From assembly GCA_021791415.1 (NCBI GenBank), contig JAJYWQ010000064.1, positions 4,476-68,475 of the forward strand: 64,000 bases of DNA, given 5' to 3'. Position numbers and translations under genes: made by a program. Source of the DNA: a bacterium (GTDB taxonomy: Bacteria > Chloroflexota > Dormibacteria > Aeolococcales > Bog-877). The first letter of the stretch is position 1. Each line of letters opens with the position of its first letter. Positions 10,405 to 19,247 of this stretch are shown here, piece by piece. The notes beneath the pieces are model-generated. The model made no database searches and had not been told where the DNA came from. It saw nothing but the letters and a program-made list of their open reading frames with translations.

Positions 10405-11472
10405 GTGGCCCCGACCTCAGGACCGGAGACGTCCAGCTCCGAGGTCCGCTTCCTCTACCCCGACCTCTCAACCGAGCTGGCCGGGGTGGCCCTGTTCCAG
10501 GAGGTCTTCTGGCCCCGCTCCGGCCCGGAGCTGACCCGCACCAGGGAGGGGTTCTCAATCGTGGTGCCCCGTCCCCCGGTGGACCGGATGGAATACCTCT
10601 TCGAGCTCCGCCACCAGGACGGCAGCCGGCAGCTGGTCTGCGACCCCGGCAATCCGAAACGGGCCCCATCCCCGTTCGGGGACAAGTCAGTCCTGGAGTT
10701 TCCCGAGTATCACGCCCCGGATTGGTCGAGGGTGGCCGCCTACCCCCGCGGGGAGTCGGTCGACCTGGAGTTCGCCTGTCCGGGGCTGAACCTTTCGATG
10801 CCTGCCCGGATCTGGTCCCCGGCGGGAGTCAGCTCCGACCGGCGCCTCCCCCTCTTGCTGGCATTCGACGGCCTGGAGTACGACCTCTACTCCCAGCTCA
10901 CCCAGTTCTTCGACCACGAGGTGAACCGGGGAGACCTCCCCCTTTTTCGGGCGGCCCTCCTTCACCCGGTGCGGCGGGACCAGGACTACTCGGCGTCGCC
11001 GGGATTCACCAGGGTCCTCTCCGAAGAGGTGATCCCCCAGATCGAGCAGCTCATCCCCGTGCGGCCCGGCCCGGCCGGCCGGGTGGCGATGGGTGCCAGC
11101 CTGGGGGCGGTCGCCGCCCTGCACCTGCAGTGGGAGAGACCGGGGGCGGTGGGAGGGCTTCTGTTGCAGTCGGGCAGCTTCTTCAACCACCATTACTTCT
11201 CCCAGCAGCTGCCCTTCGACCCCGTGGAGCGGATCTGCATGTTCACCGAGCGCATCCACCAGGCTGCGGCCGCCGCCGCCCCCGTCCCCGCCGCCCTCAC
11301 CTGTGGGGTGGTTGAGGGAACCCTCCTGGCCAGCACGGCGATGGCCAGCTCACTGGGTCGGCTCCGGTACTCAGCCGAAGTCCACCGGCTCCGCGACGCC
11401 CACAACTGGGTGGCTTGGCGGGACGCCTTCGACCCGCACCTCAAGGATCTCCTCATCCGCGTATTCGGATGA
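10405..11472 (+). CDS. esterase-family protein (enterochelin esterase/Fes-like, with N-terminal beta domain)
   Basis: 355 aa. Architecture and motifs of PF00756-type putative esterases (AMGASLGAVAAL nucleophile elbow GxSxG). Confidence 0.65.
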   Translation: MAPTSGPETSSSEVRFLYPDLSTELAGVALFQEVFWPRSGPELTRTREGFSIVVPRPPVDRMEYLFELRHQDGSRQLVCDPGNPKRAPSPFGDKSVLEFPEYHAPDWSRVAAYPRGESVDLEFACPGLNLSMPARIWSPAGVSSDRRLPLLLAFDGLEYDLYSQLTQFFDHEVNRGDLPLFRAALLHPVRRDQDYSASPGFTRVLSEEVIPQIEQLIPVRPGPAGRVAMGASLGAVAALHLQWERPGAVGGLLLQSGSFFNHHYFSQQLPFDPVERICMFTERIHQAAAAAAPVPAALTCGVVEGTLLASTAMASSLGRLRYSAEVHRLRDAHNWVAWRDAFDPHLKDLLIRVFG

Positions 11473-11479
11473 ATCAGCT

Positions 11480-12220
11480 GTGAGAAGGGACGAGGCGTGG
11501 CTGGACGGGGGAGGCCTGGGCTGGCGGCGGGTGATCGCCCACGGCCACTACGGCCGCCCCTTCCTGTCCTTCCCGACCGACATGGGCGCGGCCACCGACT
11601 TCGAGGAGCGGGGGATGCTGGACTCGGTTGGGCAGCTGGTCGAGGAAGGCCGGGCAAAGATCTACTGTCTCGACAGCTTCGACCACTCCTCCTGGCGCAA
11701 CCCCGAGCTGTCGCTGGAGCAGCGGGCCCGAGCCCACCTCGCCTTCGAGGCCTTCGTCGTGGACCAGGTGGTCCCCTTCATCCACCGAGATTGCGGGGGG
11801 CCGCAGGAGGTGGGGGTCTTGGGATTCAGCTTCGGGGCCTTCCACGCGGCCAACTTCTGCCTCCGCCGCGCCGACCTCTTCCCCCTCTCCCTCTGCTTCT
11901 CCGGGGTGTACGACGTCTCGGTGGTGGGAGGGGGCTGGGAGCGCGGCGACACCGCCTACTTCAACAACCCCATGGACTACATGCAGAACGCCGAGGGCGC
12001 CCACCTGGACTGGTTGCGCCGGCGCTGCCGGCTGCTGCTGGTGTGCGGGCAGGGAGCCTTCGAGGACACCACCGGGGCCCTCCAATCCACTCGGGACTTC
12101 GCCGCCCTGCTCCAGACCAAGGGCCTTTCCTGCGAGCTCGACCTCTGGGGCTGGGACGTGCCTCACGACTGGCCTTCCTGGAGGGCCCAGCTGGCCCACC
12201 ACCTGCCCCGCTTCTGCTGA
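11480..12220 (+). CDS. esterase-family protein (PF00756-like), second tandem copy
   Basis: C-terminal ~246 aa of track ORF 11093..12220. GTG start ~11480 just after the upstream stop. LGFSFGAFHAANF serine-hydrolase motif. Confidence 0.6.
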   Translation: MRRDEAWLDGGGLGWRRVIAHGHYGRPFLSFPTDMGAATDFEERGMLDSVGQLVEEGRAKIYCLDSFDHSSWRNPELSLEQRARAHLAFEAFVVDQVVPFIHRDCGGPQEVGVLGFSFGAFHAANFCLRRADLFPLSLCFSGVYDVSVVGGGWERGDTAYFNNPMDYMQNAEGAHLDWLRRRCRLLLVCGQGAFEDTTGALQSTRDFAALLQTKGLSCELDLWGWDVPHDWPSWRAQLAHHLPRFC

Positions 12221-12225
12221 CGGGC

Positions 12226-13344
12226 TCAGCTCGGAAGTTGGCCCCGGACTCCCTGCATGGTCTCCGTCGCCAGCAGCTCCACCACCGCCGCCAGTGACCC
12301 CGTGCGACGGTAGGCGGCCAGCTGGCGGTCGGCACTGGTCCCCTCCCGGCAGATCTGGTGCAGGTACTCCACCTGGGCTCTGGACCCCAGCTCGTCCACA
12401 ACGTCGTCGACGAACTCCAGGAGCTCGACGGCCAGCTGGCGCATGGGCACCTCGGCGGCGCGGCCGAAGTCGATGAGCTGGCCGTCCAGCCCGTGGCGGA
12501 GAGCCCGCCACTTGTTCTCGGCGATGAGATTGGGCAGGTATTTGCGAAACCCCAGGTTCTGGCGGCGCAGCTTCACCAGCTTGGCGCAGATGGCCTGCAC
12601 CAACCCCGCCAGGCAGACCACCTCCTCGACCCGGGTGGCGGCGTCGCAGACCCGGAACTCCAGGGTGGGGTAGAGGACATGGGGGCGCAGGTCCCACCAG
12701 ATCTTCTTGCCGTTGTCGATGCAGCCGGTCCGGACCAGCAGCTCCAGGTAGTTCTCGAAGTCCTCCGGAGAGCTGAGCTCCGGCGGGATCCCGGTCCTCG
12801 GGAAGCGCGACCAGACCACGCTGCGGTAGCTCTTGAGACCGGTCTCCCGGCCCATCCAGAAGGGGCTTGAGGTGGAGATGGCGAGCAGGTGGGGGAGGAA
12901 GTAGCGGGCCTCGTTGGCCACCTCGATCCGCAGATCGGGGTCGGGGATGGCCACATGCACATGGAGCCCGAAGATCAGCAGTTCGCGGATCACGTCCTGC
13001 ATCTCCTCCTCCAGCACCTTGTAGCGCTCCAGGCGGGTGACCTCCTGCTCCTGCCAGCGGGAGAACGGGTGGGTGCCGGCCGAGACGATCCGCAGGCCGT
13101 GCGGCTCCAAGAGGTCGCTCACCGCTGACCGCAGCCGCACCACCTCGCGGTGGACCTCCAGGACGTCGGAGCAGATGGGGGTCGCCACCTCCACCACCGA
13201 CTGGAGCATCTCCGCCTTGACGTCGTCCCCGAGGCCGGGCCCGGCCTGCGCCAGGAGGGTCTCGATGTGGGATCGCAGGGCCCCCTCCCCATCCACGATC
13301 TGGAACTCCTCCTCCACCCCCAGGGTGAACCAGCGGGCGCTCAC
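12226..13344 (-). CDS. carboxylate-amine ligase, GCS2 family (YbdK / glutamate-cysteine ligase 2-like)
   Basis: Track ORF 12226..13596. Real start likely GTG at ~13344 (VSARWFTLGVEEEFQIVD, the canonical GCS2 N-terminus), preceded by a GAGGGGG SD. Its start overlaps the stop of the upstream gene (GTGA). Confidence 0.8.
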   Translation of the reverse strand: MSARWFTLGVEEEFQIVDGEGALRSHIETLLAQAGPGLGDDVKAEMLQSVVEVATPICSDVLEVHREVVRLRSAVSDLLEPHGLRIVSAGTHPFSRWQEQEVTRLERYKVLEEEMQDVIRELLIFGLHVHVAIPDPDLRIEVANEARYFLPHLLAISTSSPFWMGRETGLKSYRSVVWSRFPRTGIPPELSSPEDFENYLELLVRTGCIDNGKKIWWDLRPHVLYPTLEFRVCDAATRVEEVVCLAGLVQAICAKLVKLRRQNLGFRKYLPNLIAENKWRALRHGLDGQLIDFGRAAEVPMRQLAVELLEFVDDVVDELGSRAQVEYLHQICREGTSADRQLAAYRRTGSLAAVVELLATETMQGVRGQLPS

Positions 13345-14711
13345 ACGGCCCCCTCGACGACGAAGGCGGGGACCACGCTGCCCGCCCCCGCGGTGACGTT
13401 GAGGAGCGCGGACGAGGAGAGGCGGGTGAGGAGGCCGCCCACCCGCCCGTTGAAGAGGTAGGGGTCCATGTCCCGTCCCAGCTCCAGCTCCTGCACCGCA
13501 TCCCCCACCGCCACCGGGTAGCGGTCGCGAGGGACGGGAATCGCCTCCTGGACCACGTACGACTGGCTGAGCCCGACGGTGACGGCCTGCTCCCACTCGC
13601 GACGGCTAACCGTCCAGCCCAGGATGACCCCCTTGCCCCCGTACTCGTCGTTTGGCTTGAGTACCATCTCGCGCTGGTGGCTGGCCACGTGGTCGAGCAG
13701 GTCCGGCACCCGGCGCCCGTGCCGCTCGGTGGCCCCCTCCTGGAGTTTCCGGGTCCAGGGGACGTGGCGGGCGATGGCCTGCCGCTGCCGGGGGGTGTAG
13801 AGGTGCTGCCAGCGCGGGTCAGAGAGCAGGGCCAGGCTCATCTTCTTGTGCAGGAGCTTGGCCCTGAAGGAGTTGACCACGCAGACGGCGCCCTCCAGGT
13901 AGGCGGTGCAGAGCGGCTCGGCCGCCTCTCCCTCGGCCAGGAGCTCCGCCTCCAGGACTCGGCGGTAGACCAGGTTCACCACCTCACCCGAGGGACCGTG
14001 CAGCTCGCCTCTTGAAAACGCCAGCTCCGCCGGCTGGCAGATGATCGCCGGAACCCCCCGCCGGAGGAAGGCCTCGCGGAAGAGCTCGAACTCACCAAGG
14101 GTGGGCAGGCCGGCCCAGTCCACGATCGCCACCCGGGGCGGGGCCGTTCCCCCCCACGCCCGGTAGGCGGCCAGCATCACCTCCAGCTGGCGCTCGGCGC
14201 AGCGCAGGGGGCGGAGCCTGAACCGCTCCCGCAGGCGGAGCATGGCGGGCATCTCCCAGAAGACCCGGCTCAACTCGTCTCCGTAGGCCATGCCCGCCGG
14301 CGACTCGGCGTTGTACTCGACGTAGCCGATCTGCGGGGCGGCGAAGCTGTCCAGCCGTGAGCTGGGCGAGGAATGGGGATAGCCGGGATCCGCCAGCGCC
14401 AGCCGCTCCTCCTCGGGTCGGAGGTCCAGCTCTCCTCGGATCCCCTCGTCGGCGAGCAGCGCCGCCTCCAGCCGGGAGAGGGCCCCGAAGACCGCCTGGG
14501 CGGCCAGCTGGGCCGTCCGGTACTCGTCCCTGTTGATCAGCTCTGGGCGCAGCGAGACGCACAGGGGGTGCTGGCCGAAGTACAGCCCGCGCTCGAGCTG
14601 GCCCTCCCGCAGCCGCCCCAGGCTGTCCGCCAGGAGCTGGGGCTCCTCCAGCTGACGGTCGTACAGCTGCCGGGCGCGCCGAGCCGGGGTGGTGCTCAAA
14701 CGAAGCGCCAC
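13341..14711 (-). CDS. large ATP-grasp-like amidoligase (GspS-like / circularly-permuted ATP-grasp-like)
   Basis: 456 aa. ATP-grasp nucleotide-binding stretch MVLKPNDEYGGKGVILGW. Subfamily assignment is tentative. Confidence 0.55.
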   Translation of the reverse strand: MALRLSTTPARRARQLYDRQLEEPQLLADSLGRLREGQLERGLYFGQHPLCVSLRPELINRDEYRTAQLAAQAVFGALSRLEAALLADEGIRGELDLRPEEERLALADPGYPHSSPSSRLDSFAAPQIGYVEYNAESPAGMAYGDELSRVFWEMPAMLRLRERFRLRPLRCAERQLEVMLAAYRAWGGTAPPRVAIVDWAGLPTLGEFELFREAFLRRGVPAIICQPAELAFSRGELHGPSGEVVNLVYRRVLEAELLAEGEAAEPLCTAYLEGAVCVVNSFRAKLLHKKMSLALLSDPRWQHLYTPRQRQAIARHVPWTRKLQEGATERHGRRVPDLLDHVASHQREMVLKPNDEYGGKGVILGWTVSRREWEQAVTVGLSQSYVVQEAIPVPRDRYPVAVGDAVQELELGRDMDPYLFNGRVGGLLTRLSSSALLNVTAGAGSVVPAFVVEGAV

Positions 14712-15634
14712 CAGCGGTGAGCGCCGCGCCAGGGCGGAGCCAGCTCGCCGGTCGCGTATCCGATCACCAGCTGGGTCATCTTGGAGAGGACCCAGTCGAA
14801 ACCCGCCTCCTTGATGGAGAAACGGTCGAAGTCCGGGGCGGGGTTCAGGAAGTCGATGGCGTAGAGCACGCCGTCCCGGACAGCGAACTCCACGGTGTCC
14901 ACGTCGTACCCCAGGGCGTCGGTCAGGGTGCGCGCCTGCACCGCTGCCAGCTCGCAGAGCGCGTGGGACGGCGGGTCGTCGGTGACATAGCGCTCCAAAA
15001 AGGGCCGGTGGGGGTCGTAGCGAAACACCAGGACCTCACCCCCGATGACGATGCAGCGGAGGTAGTCCTGCCACTGGATCCGCTCCTGCAGGATCATGGT
15101 CTTGGTCCCGGTCCGGTCGTAGGCCGAGATCAGCTCCTCTCGGGAGTCGATCATGTACACATCCCGCCAGCCCCCGCCGGTGTTGGGCTTGAGGACCGCG
15201 GGCAACCCGGTGTAAGCGAGGATTCCCTCCCAGTCCAGCGGATACTCCAGGTTGCGCAGGGAGCGCTGGGGCTCGATGTAGGGGATGTATTCCTTGTTGG
15301 GCAGGACCACCGTCCGGGGGACCGCCACCCCCAGGCGGCGCGCCAAGGTGCACTCGAAGAACTTCTCGTCCGCCTCCCACCAGAAGGGGTCGTTGATCAC
15401 GGCGGTCCCCTGGAGGGCCGCGCTCTTGAGATAGGCGCGGTAGAAGGGGACCTCGTGGGAGATGCGGTCGACGATCACCTGGTAGCGCTGCCGGTCCTCA
15501 AGTTCGCGAGCCCCTCCCAGCCGGCACATCTCGGCCACGACCCCATGGGCCCGGCCTCGCTCGTTAACCAGCGAGATGAAGGGCTCGGGAAAGGTGTTCT
15601 CGACCCCGACCAAGAGCCCGACCCTGGCCTCCAT
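14696..15634 (-). CDS. ATP-grasp domain protein (RimK/glutathione-synthetase-like)
   Basis: 312 aa. LPAVLKPNTGGGWRDVYMIDSREEL ATP-grasp signature. AGGGGGA SD upstream of the ATG. 16-bp overlap with the next gene. Confidence 0.7.
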   Translation of the reverse strand: MEARVGLLVGVENTFPEPFISLVNERGRAHGVVAEMCRLGGARELEDRQRYQVIVDRISHEVPFYRAYLKSAALQGTAVINDPFWWEADEKFFECTLARRLGVAVPRTVVLPNKEYIPYIEPQRSLRNLEYPLDWEGILAYTGLPAVLKPNTGGGWRDVYMIDSREELISAYDRTGTKTMILQERIQWQDYLRCIVIGGEVLVFRYDPHRPFLERYVTDDPPSHALCELAAVQARTLTDALGYDVDTVEFAVRDGVLYAIDFLNPAPDFDRFSIKEAGFDWVLSKMTQLVIGYATGELAPPWRGAHRWWRFV

Positions 15635-15979
15635 CCTCGGTCCCCCTGCAACGGCTCCGGGCGCACTCTGGCACCGTCAGCGCCACCATAGGGGAGGGGG
15701 CGCCTGCTGGCAATAGGCAGGCCGGCCGAGGTTGACCGGGCCTACCCCTTGCACCCCGGCCCAGGGTGGGTCTATGGTATTGCCTACTCAAGTAGGGTGG
15801 AGTGCCACACCAGTGCCCTTTTCCGTTCGGATGCCAGCGACACCGCGGCCGTGAGGCGCGTCGGCGGCACCGGCGGGAGGCTCCGGGCGGCGCCACCCGG
15901 GAGCGGCGGGGCTGTCTCCCCGGCGGAGGACTGGGGCGCCCTATCGGGTGCCCGGGCGCAGCGACATGGAGGGACGGAG

Positions 15980-17266
15980 ATGCGTAAAGCCCTGGTCTTG
16001 CCCCTGGTGGGGGTGATGGCGGTGGTTGCCGGTTGCGGCTCCACCGCCTCCACTGGAAAGGCGATCAAACCCGGGCCGATCAACATCGGGGTGATAGCCC
16101 CGTTCAGCGGGCCGGCGGCTGAGTTCGGCACCCTGATCTCCGCGCCCTGCTACGCCGCCAGCGACCTCATCAACCAGGCCGGAGGGATTCTGGGTCACAA
16201 GGTCCAGTGCACCCCCGTGGACGACACCGGGGACCCGGCTGACGCTGTTCCCAACGTGACCCGAGCCATCGCCACCATCTCCAACTTCGACCTCGCGGTG
16301 GGGTTGGAGACCAACACCGCCGCGACCACCGTGCCCCTGGTCAATCGCGCCCAGATCAACATGGTGACCACCAACGGGCTCACCAACTACGACACCACCA
16401 CCGACAAGTACTTCTGGCGGCTCACCCCGGCCGACGACGCCAACGGAGCGGCGATGGTGCAGTACGCCTACAACCGGGGATACAAGCGGATCGCCGTGGT
16501 CTTCGAGAACAACTCCACCGACACCGGCAACACCCCAGGGATCGAGAAGGCGGCGGCCAAGCTGGGGGTGAAGCTGGTTACCAACACCACGATCCCCGCC
16601 GACGCCAGCTCCTACTCCAGCGTCGCCTCCACCGTGATCAGCCTGCACCCCCAGGCGATCATCTTCGACGCCGACCCCCAGTCCACCGCGACCTTCCTCT
16701 CCAACTACTCGCAGCTCACCGGGGGCAAGCTGCCCCCGATGATCACCGCCACCGACTCCCTGACCCCGGACTGGTACAACGCCGTCTCCGCGGCGGTGGG
16801 CACCGGCTTCATCTTCAACAAGGTGGACCTGGTCGGCTCCTACTTCAGCACCAGCACCCAGGCGTTCTACACCTACCGCAACGCCCTGCTGGCCAACCCC
16901 AAGACCCACGCCTTGGCCGACACCCTGGCCACGGTCGGGCCCCCCGCCTCGATCTACGACGGGATCAACATCATGGCCCTGGCCATGCTGATGGCCAAGA
17001 GCGCCGACCCCACCGTCTACAACGCCTACGTCAACGACGTGGTGACCCCCAAGGCGGGCGCGGTGGTGGTCGACACCTTCGCGGCCGGCAAGAAGGCCCT
17101 CAGCGAGGGAAAGAAGATCCAGTACGTGGGGGTCCTCGGCCCGGTCACCTTCAACAAGTACCACAACTTCGCCGGTGCCTTCGCGGCCGCCAGGTTCACC
17201 GGGTCGACCACCTCGGTCAACGCGGCGATCATGCCCGGGTCGGAGATCTCTAAGCTGCTCGGCTAG
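15980..17266 (+). CDS. ABC transporter substrate-binding lipoprotein (LivK/branched-chain amino acid family)
   Basis: Track ORF 15749..17266. Start at ATG ~15980 (MRKALVLPLVGVMAVVAGCGS, lipobox) with a GGAGGGACGGAG SD. Type-I periplasmic binding fold. Confidence 0.85.
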   Translation: MRKALVLPLVGVMAVVAGCGSTASTGKAIKPGPINIGVIAPFSGPAAEFGTLISAPCYAASDLINQAGGILGHKVQCTPVDDTGDPADAVPNVTRAIATISNFDLAVGLETNTAATTVPLVNRAQINMVTTNGLTNYDTTTDKYFWRLTPADDANGAAMVQYAYNRGYKRIAVVFENNSTDTGNTPGIEKAAAKLGVKLVTNTTIPADASSYSSVASTVISLHPQAIIFDADPQSTATFLSNYSQLTGGKLPPMITATDSLTPDWYNAVSAAVGTGFIFNKVDLVGSYFSTSTQAFYTYRNALLANPKTHALADTLATVGPPASIYDGINIMALAMLMAKSADPTVYNAYVNDVVTPKAGAVVVDTFAAGKKALSEGKKIQYVGVLGPVTFNKYHNFAGAFAAARFTGSTTSVNAAIMPGSEISKLLG

Positions 17267-17278
17267 TTCCTGACTCTT

Positions 17279-17307
17279 GCCGGGGGCGGGCCGGGCCCGC
17301 CCCCGGC
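17279..17307 (+). terminator. GC hairpin between SBP and permease genes (attenuator/partial terminator)
   Basis: CCGGGGGCGGGCC-gg-GCCCGCCCCCGG immediately after the SBP stop. Confidence 0.4.
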
Positions 17308-17327
17308 TCATCTACAAGGAGGCCTTG

Positions 17328-18215
17328 GTGCATCTGCTGGTCCAATCCATCGGGTTCGGTGTCGCCGCCGGGGCAGTGCTGGCGCTGGGGGCGGTCGGCT
17401 TCACCCTCCAGTTCGGGATCAGCAACGTCCTCAACATCAGCTATGGGTCTCTGATGAGCGTGGGTGCCTTCCTGGGGCTCTTCATGCTGGGTCTGGGCTT
17501 GAACATCTGGCTGGTGATGGTGATCGGCGGACTGGCGGTGGGCGCCTGCTCGGTCGTCCTCAACCGGGGGCTCATCACCCCACTGGTGCGCAAGGGGATG
17601 GCCCCCTTCGGCCTGGTGATCGTCACCGTCTCCGCCGGGATCGTCCTGGAGTATGTGATCGTGGCTGTGGCCGGGCCCGCCACCCAGACCTACGGGAACC
17701 GCAGCGGGGCCACCCTCAACTTCCTGGGATGGACCCTGACCACCGCCCAGGTGGTGATCTTCGCCATCACCGTGGTCCTCATGCTGGGCCTGCACCTGCT
17801 CCTGACCCGCACCCAGCTGGGAAGGGCGATGCGGGCCACCTCCGCCAATCGAACCCTGGCTCGCAGCTGCGGCATCGCCACCTCCCGGATCAGCGACATC
17901 GCCTGGTTCATGTCAGGGACCTTCTGCGGGATGGCGGGCATCGCCCTGGCCATCACCATCGAGTCCTTCGACTTCACCCTTGGATCGATCTTCCTCATCC
18001 CCATGATCGCCGCGGCGGTGCTGGGCGGGGTCGGTCAGCCCTACGGGGCGATGATCGGTGGGATGGTGGTGGGGATCGTGAGCTCGGTCTCCTCCGCCTA
18101 CTGGGACCCCGCCTATCAGAGCGTGGTCGCCTTCGGGATCATCATCGTGATGCTTCTGGTCAGGCCGCGCGGGCTATTCGGCAGCGCGACCGCCACCCGC
18201 AAGCTGCTGGCATGA
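17328..18215 (+). CDS. ABC transporter permease (LivH type)
   Basis: Track ORF 17277..18215. GTG ~17328 preceded by an AAGGAGG SD. Polytopic membrane protein with LivH-like sequence. Confidence 0.85.
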   Translation: MHLLVQSIGFGVAAGAVLALGAVGFTLQFGISNVLNISYGSLMSVGAFLGLFMLGLGLNIWLVMVIGGLAVGACSVVLNRGLITPLVRKGMAPFGLVIVTVSAGIVLEYVIVAVAGPATQTYGNRSGATLNFLGWTLTTAQVVIFAITVVLMLGLHLLLTRTQLGRAMRATSANRTLARSCGIATSRISDIAWFMSGTFCGMAGIALAITIESFDFTLGSIFLIPMIAAAVLGGVGQPYGAMIGGMVVGIVSSVSSAYWDPAYQSVVAFGIIIVMLLVRPRGLFGSATATRKLLA

Positions 18216-18350
18216 GAGGAGCGGCAGGAAGCCGGACTAGGAGGGCGCGCCATCACCGGGCTTGAGTTCTACGCCGTCGTTCTCCTGGTCTACCTGGGCA
18301 CCGACCTCCTGGCGGCCTGGGGGCTGAACCTGGAGTTCGGGGTCTCCGGG

Positions 18351-19247
18351 GTGGCCAACCTCGCCTACATCGTGGTGATCGCCGCCGGCGCCTACACGTA
18401 CGGGATCCTCACGCTCGGTCCGGACACCGGGAACGGAGGCTTCCAGCAGTACGTCCTGGGCTACCGGCTGCCCTTCTTCGTGGCCGTGATCGCCGCCGCC
18501 GTGGCCGGCGCGGTGGTGGGTGTGCTGATCGGGGTGACCGGGCTGAAACGCATCCGCCAGGACTACCAGGCGATGGTCATGCTGGTGATCTCGATCATGG
18601 CCGCCACGGTCATCGGGGCCGCGCCCAGCTTCCTCGGCGGCGAGCCAGGGCTGAGCCTGATCCCCAATCCCTTCGCCAATCTGAGTCCGGCCACCGGCGA
18701 CTGGGCCTACGTGGCCATGGTGGCCTTCGCCTGCGTGGTCGGCTACCTGGTGATGCGCCGCTTCACCAGCGGGCCCATGGGGAGAGCGCTCCGGGCCATG
18801 CGCGACGACGAGCACGCCGCCGCCGCCATGGGCTTCAGCATAGTCAAGATGCGGCTCCTCACCCAGGCGGTGGGGGGGGCTTTCGGTGGGGTGAGCGGCG
18901 CCCTGCTGGTCGCCTTCATCGGGGGCTGGTCACCGGGTGCGTGGGCCTACGTGGAGACCCTGGCCCTGCTTACCGCGGTGATCGTCGGGGGGATGGGCAA
19001 CGACTTCGGGGTGAGCCTCGGGACCTTCGTGATCGCGGTCCTTCTCCTCCAGGGGGTTCAGTTCCTGCCCCAGATCCGCTCCCATACCGGCCTCACCGAG
19101 GCCATCGGCTGGATGACCCTGGGGATCCTGACGATAGCCTTCCTGTGGCTCCGACCTCAGGGGGTGTTCCGAGAACGACGCCCCCGATACGGACAACCGG
19201 CGGTGGGCAACGCCGGCGGCGGCGAGGTGGCGGAGGGCCACGGTTGA
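18351..19247 (+). CDS. ABC transporter permease (LivM type)
   Basis: Track ORF. LivM-like homology (LLVYLGTDLLAAWGLNLEFGVSG) continues ~100 nt upstream of 18351 with no ATG/GTG/TTG. A possible ATC start lies at ~18252 with a GGAGGG SD 8 nt upstream. Confidence 0.8.
   Translation: MANLAYIVVIAAGAYTYGILTLGPDTGNGGFQQYVLGYRLPFFVAVIAAAVAGAVVGVLIGVTGLKRIRQDYQAMVMLVISIMAATVIGAAPSFLGGEPGLSLIPNPFANLSPATGDWAYVAMVAFACVVGYLVMRRFTSGPMGRALRAMRDDEHAAAAMGFSIVKMRLLTQAVGGAFGGVSGALLVAFIGGWSPGAWAYVETLALLTAVIVGGMGNDFGVSLGTFVIAVLLLQGVQFLPQIRSHTGLTEAIGWMTLGILTIAFLWLRPQGVFRERRPRYGQPAVGNAGGGEVAEGHG

Noticed and set aside
13345-13596. N-terminal 84 aa of track ORF 12226..13596 (MGAGRHRRAQPVVRGP...)
   Set aside because: It is Gly/Arg-rich with no homology, and lies entirely inside the upstream ligase gene. 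The GCS2 consensus N-terminus begins at the internal GTG (~13344) with its own SD, so the extension is spurious.
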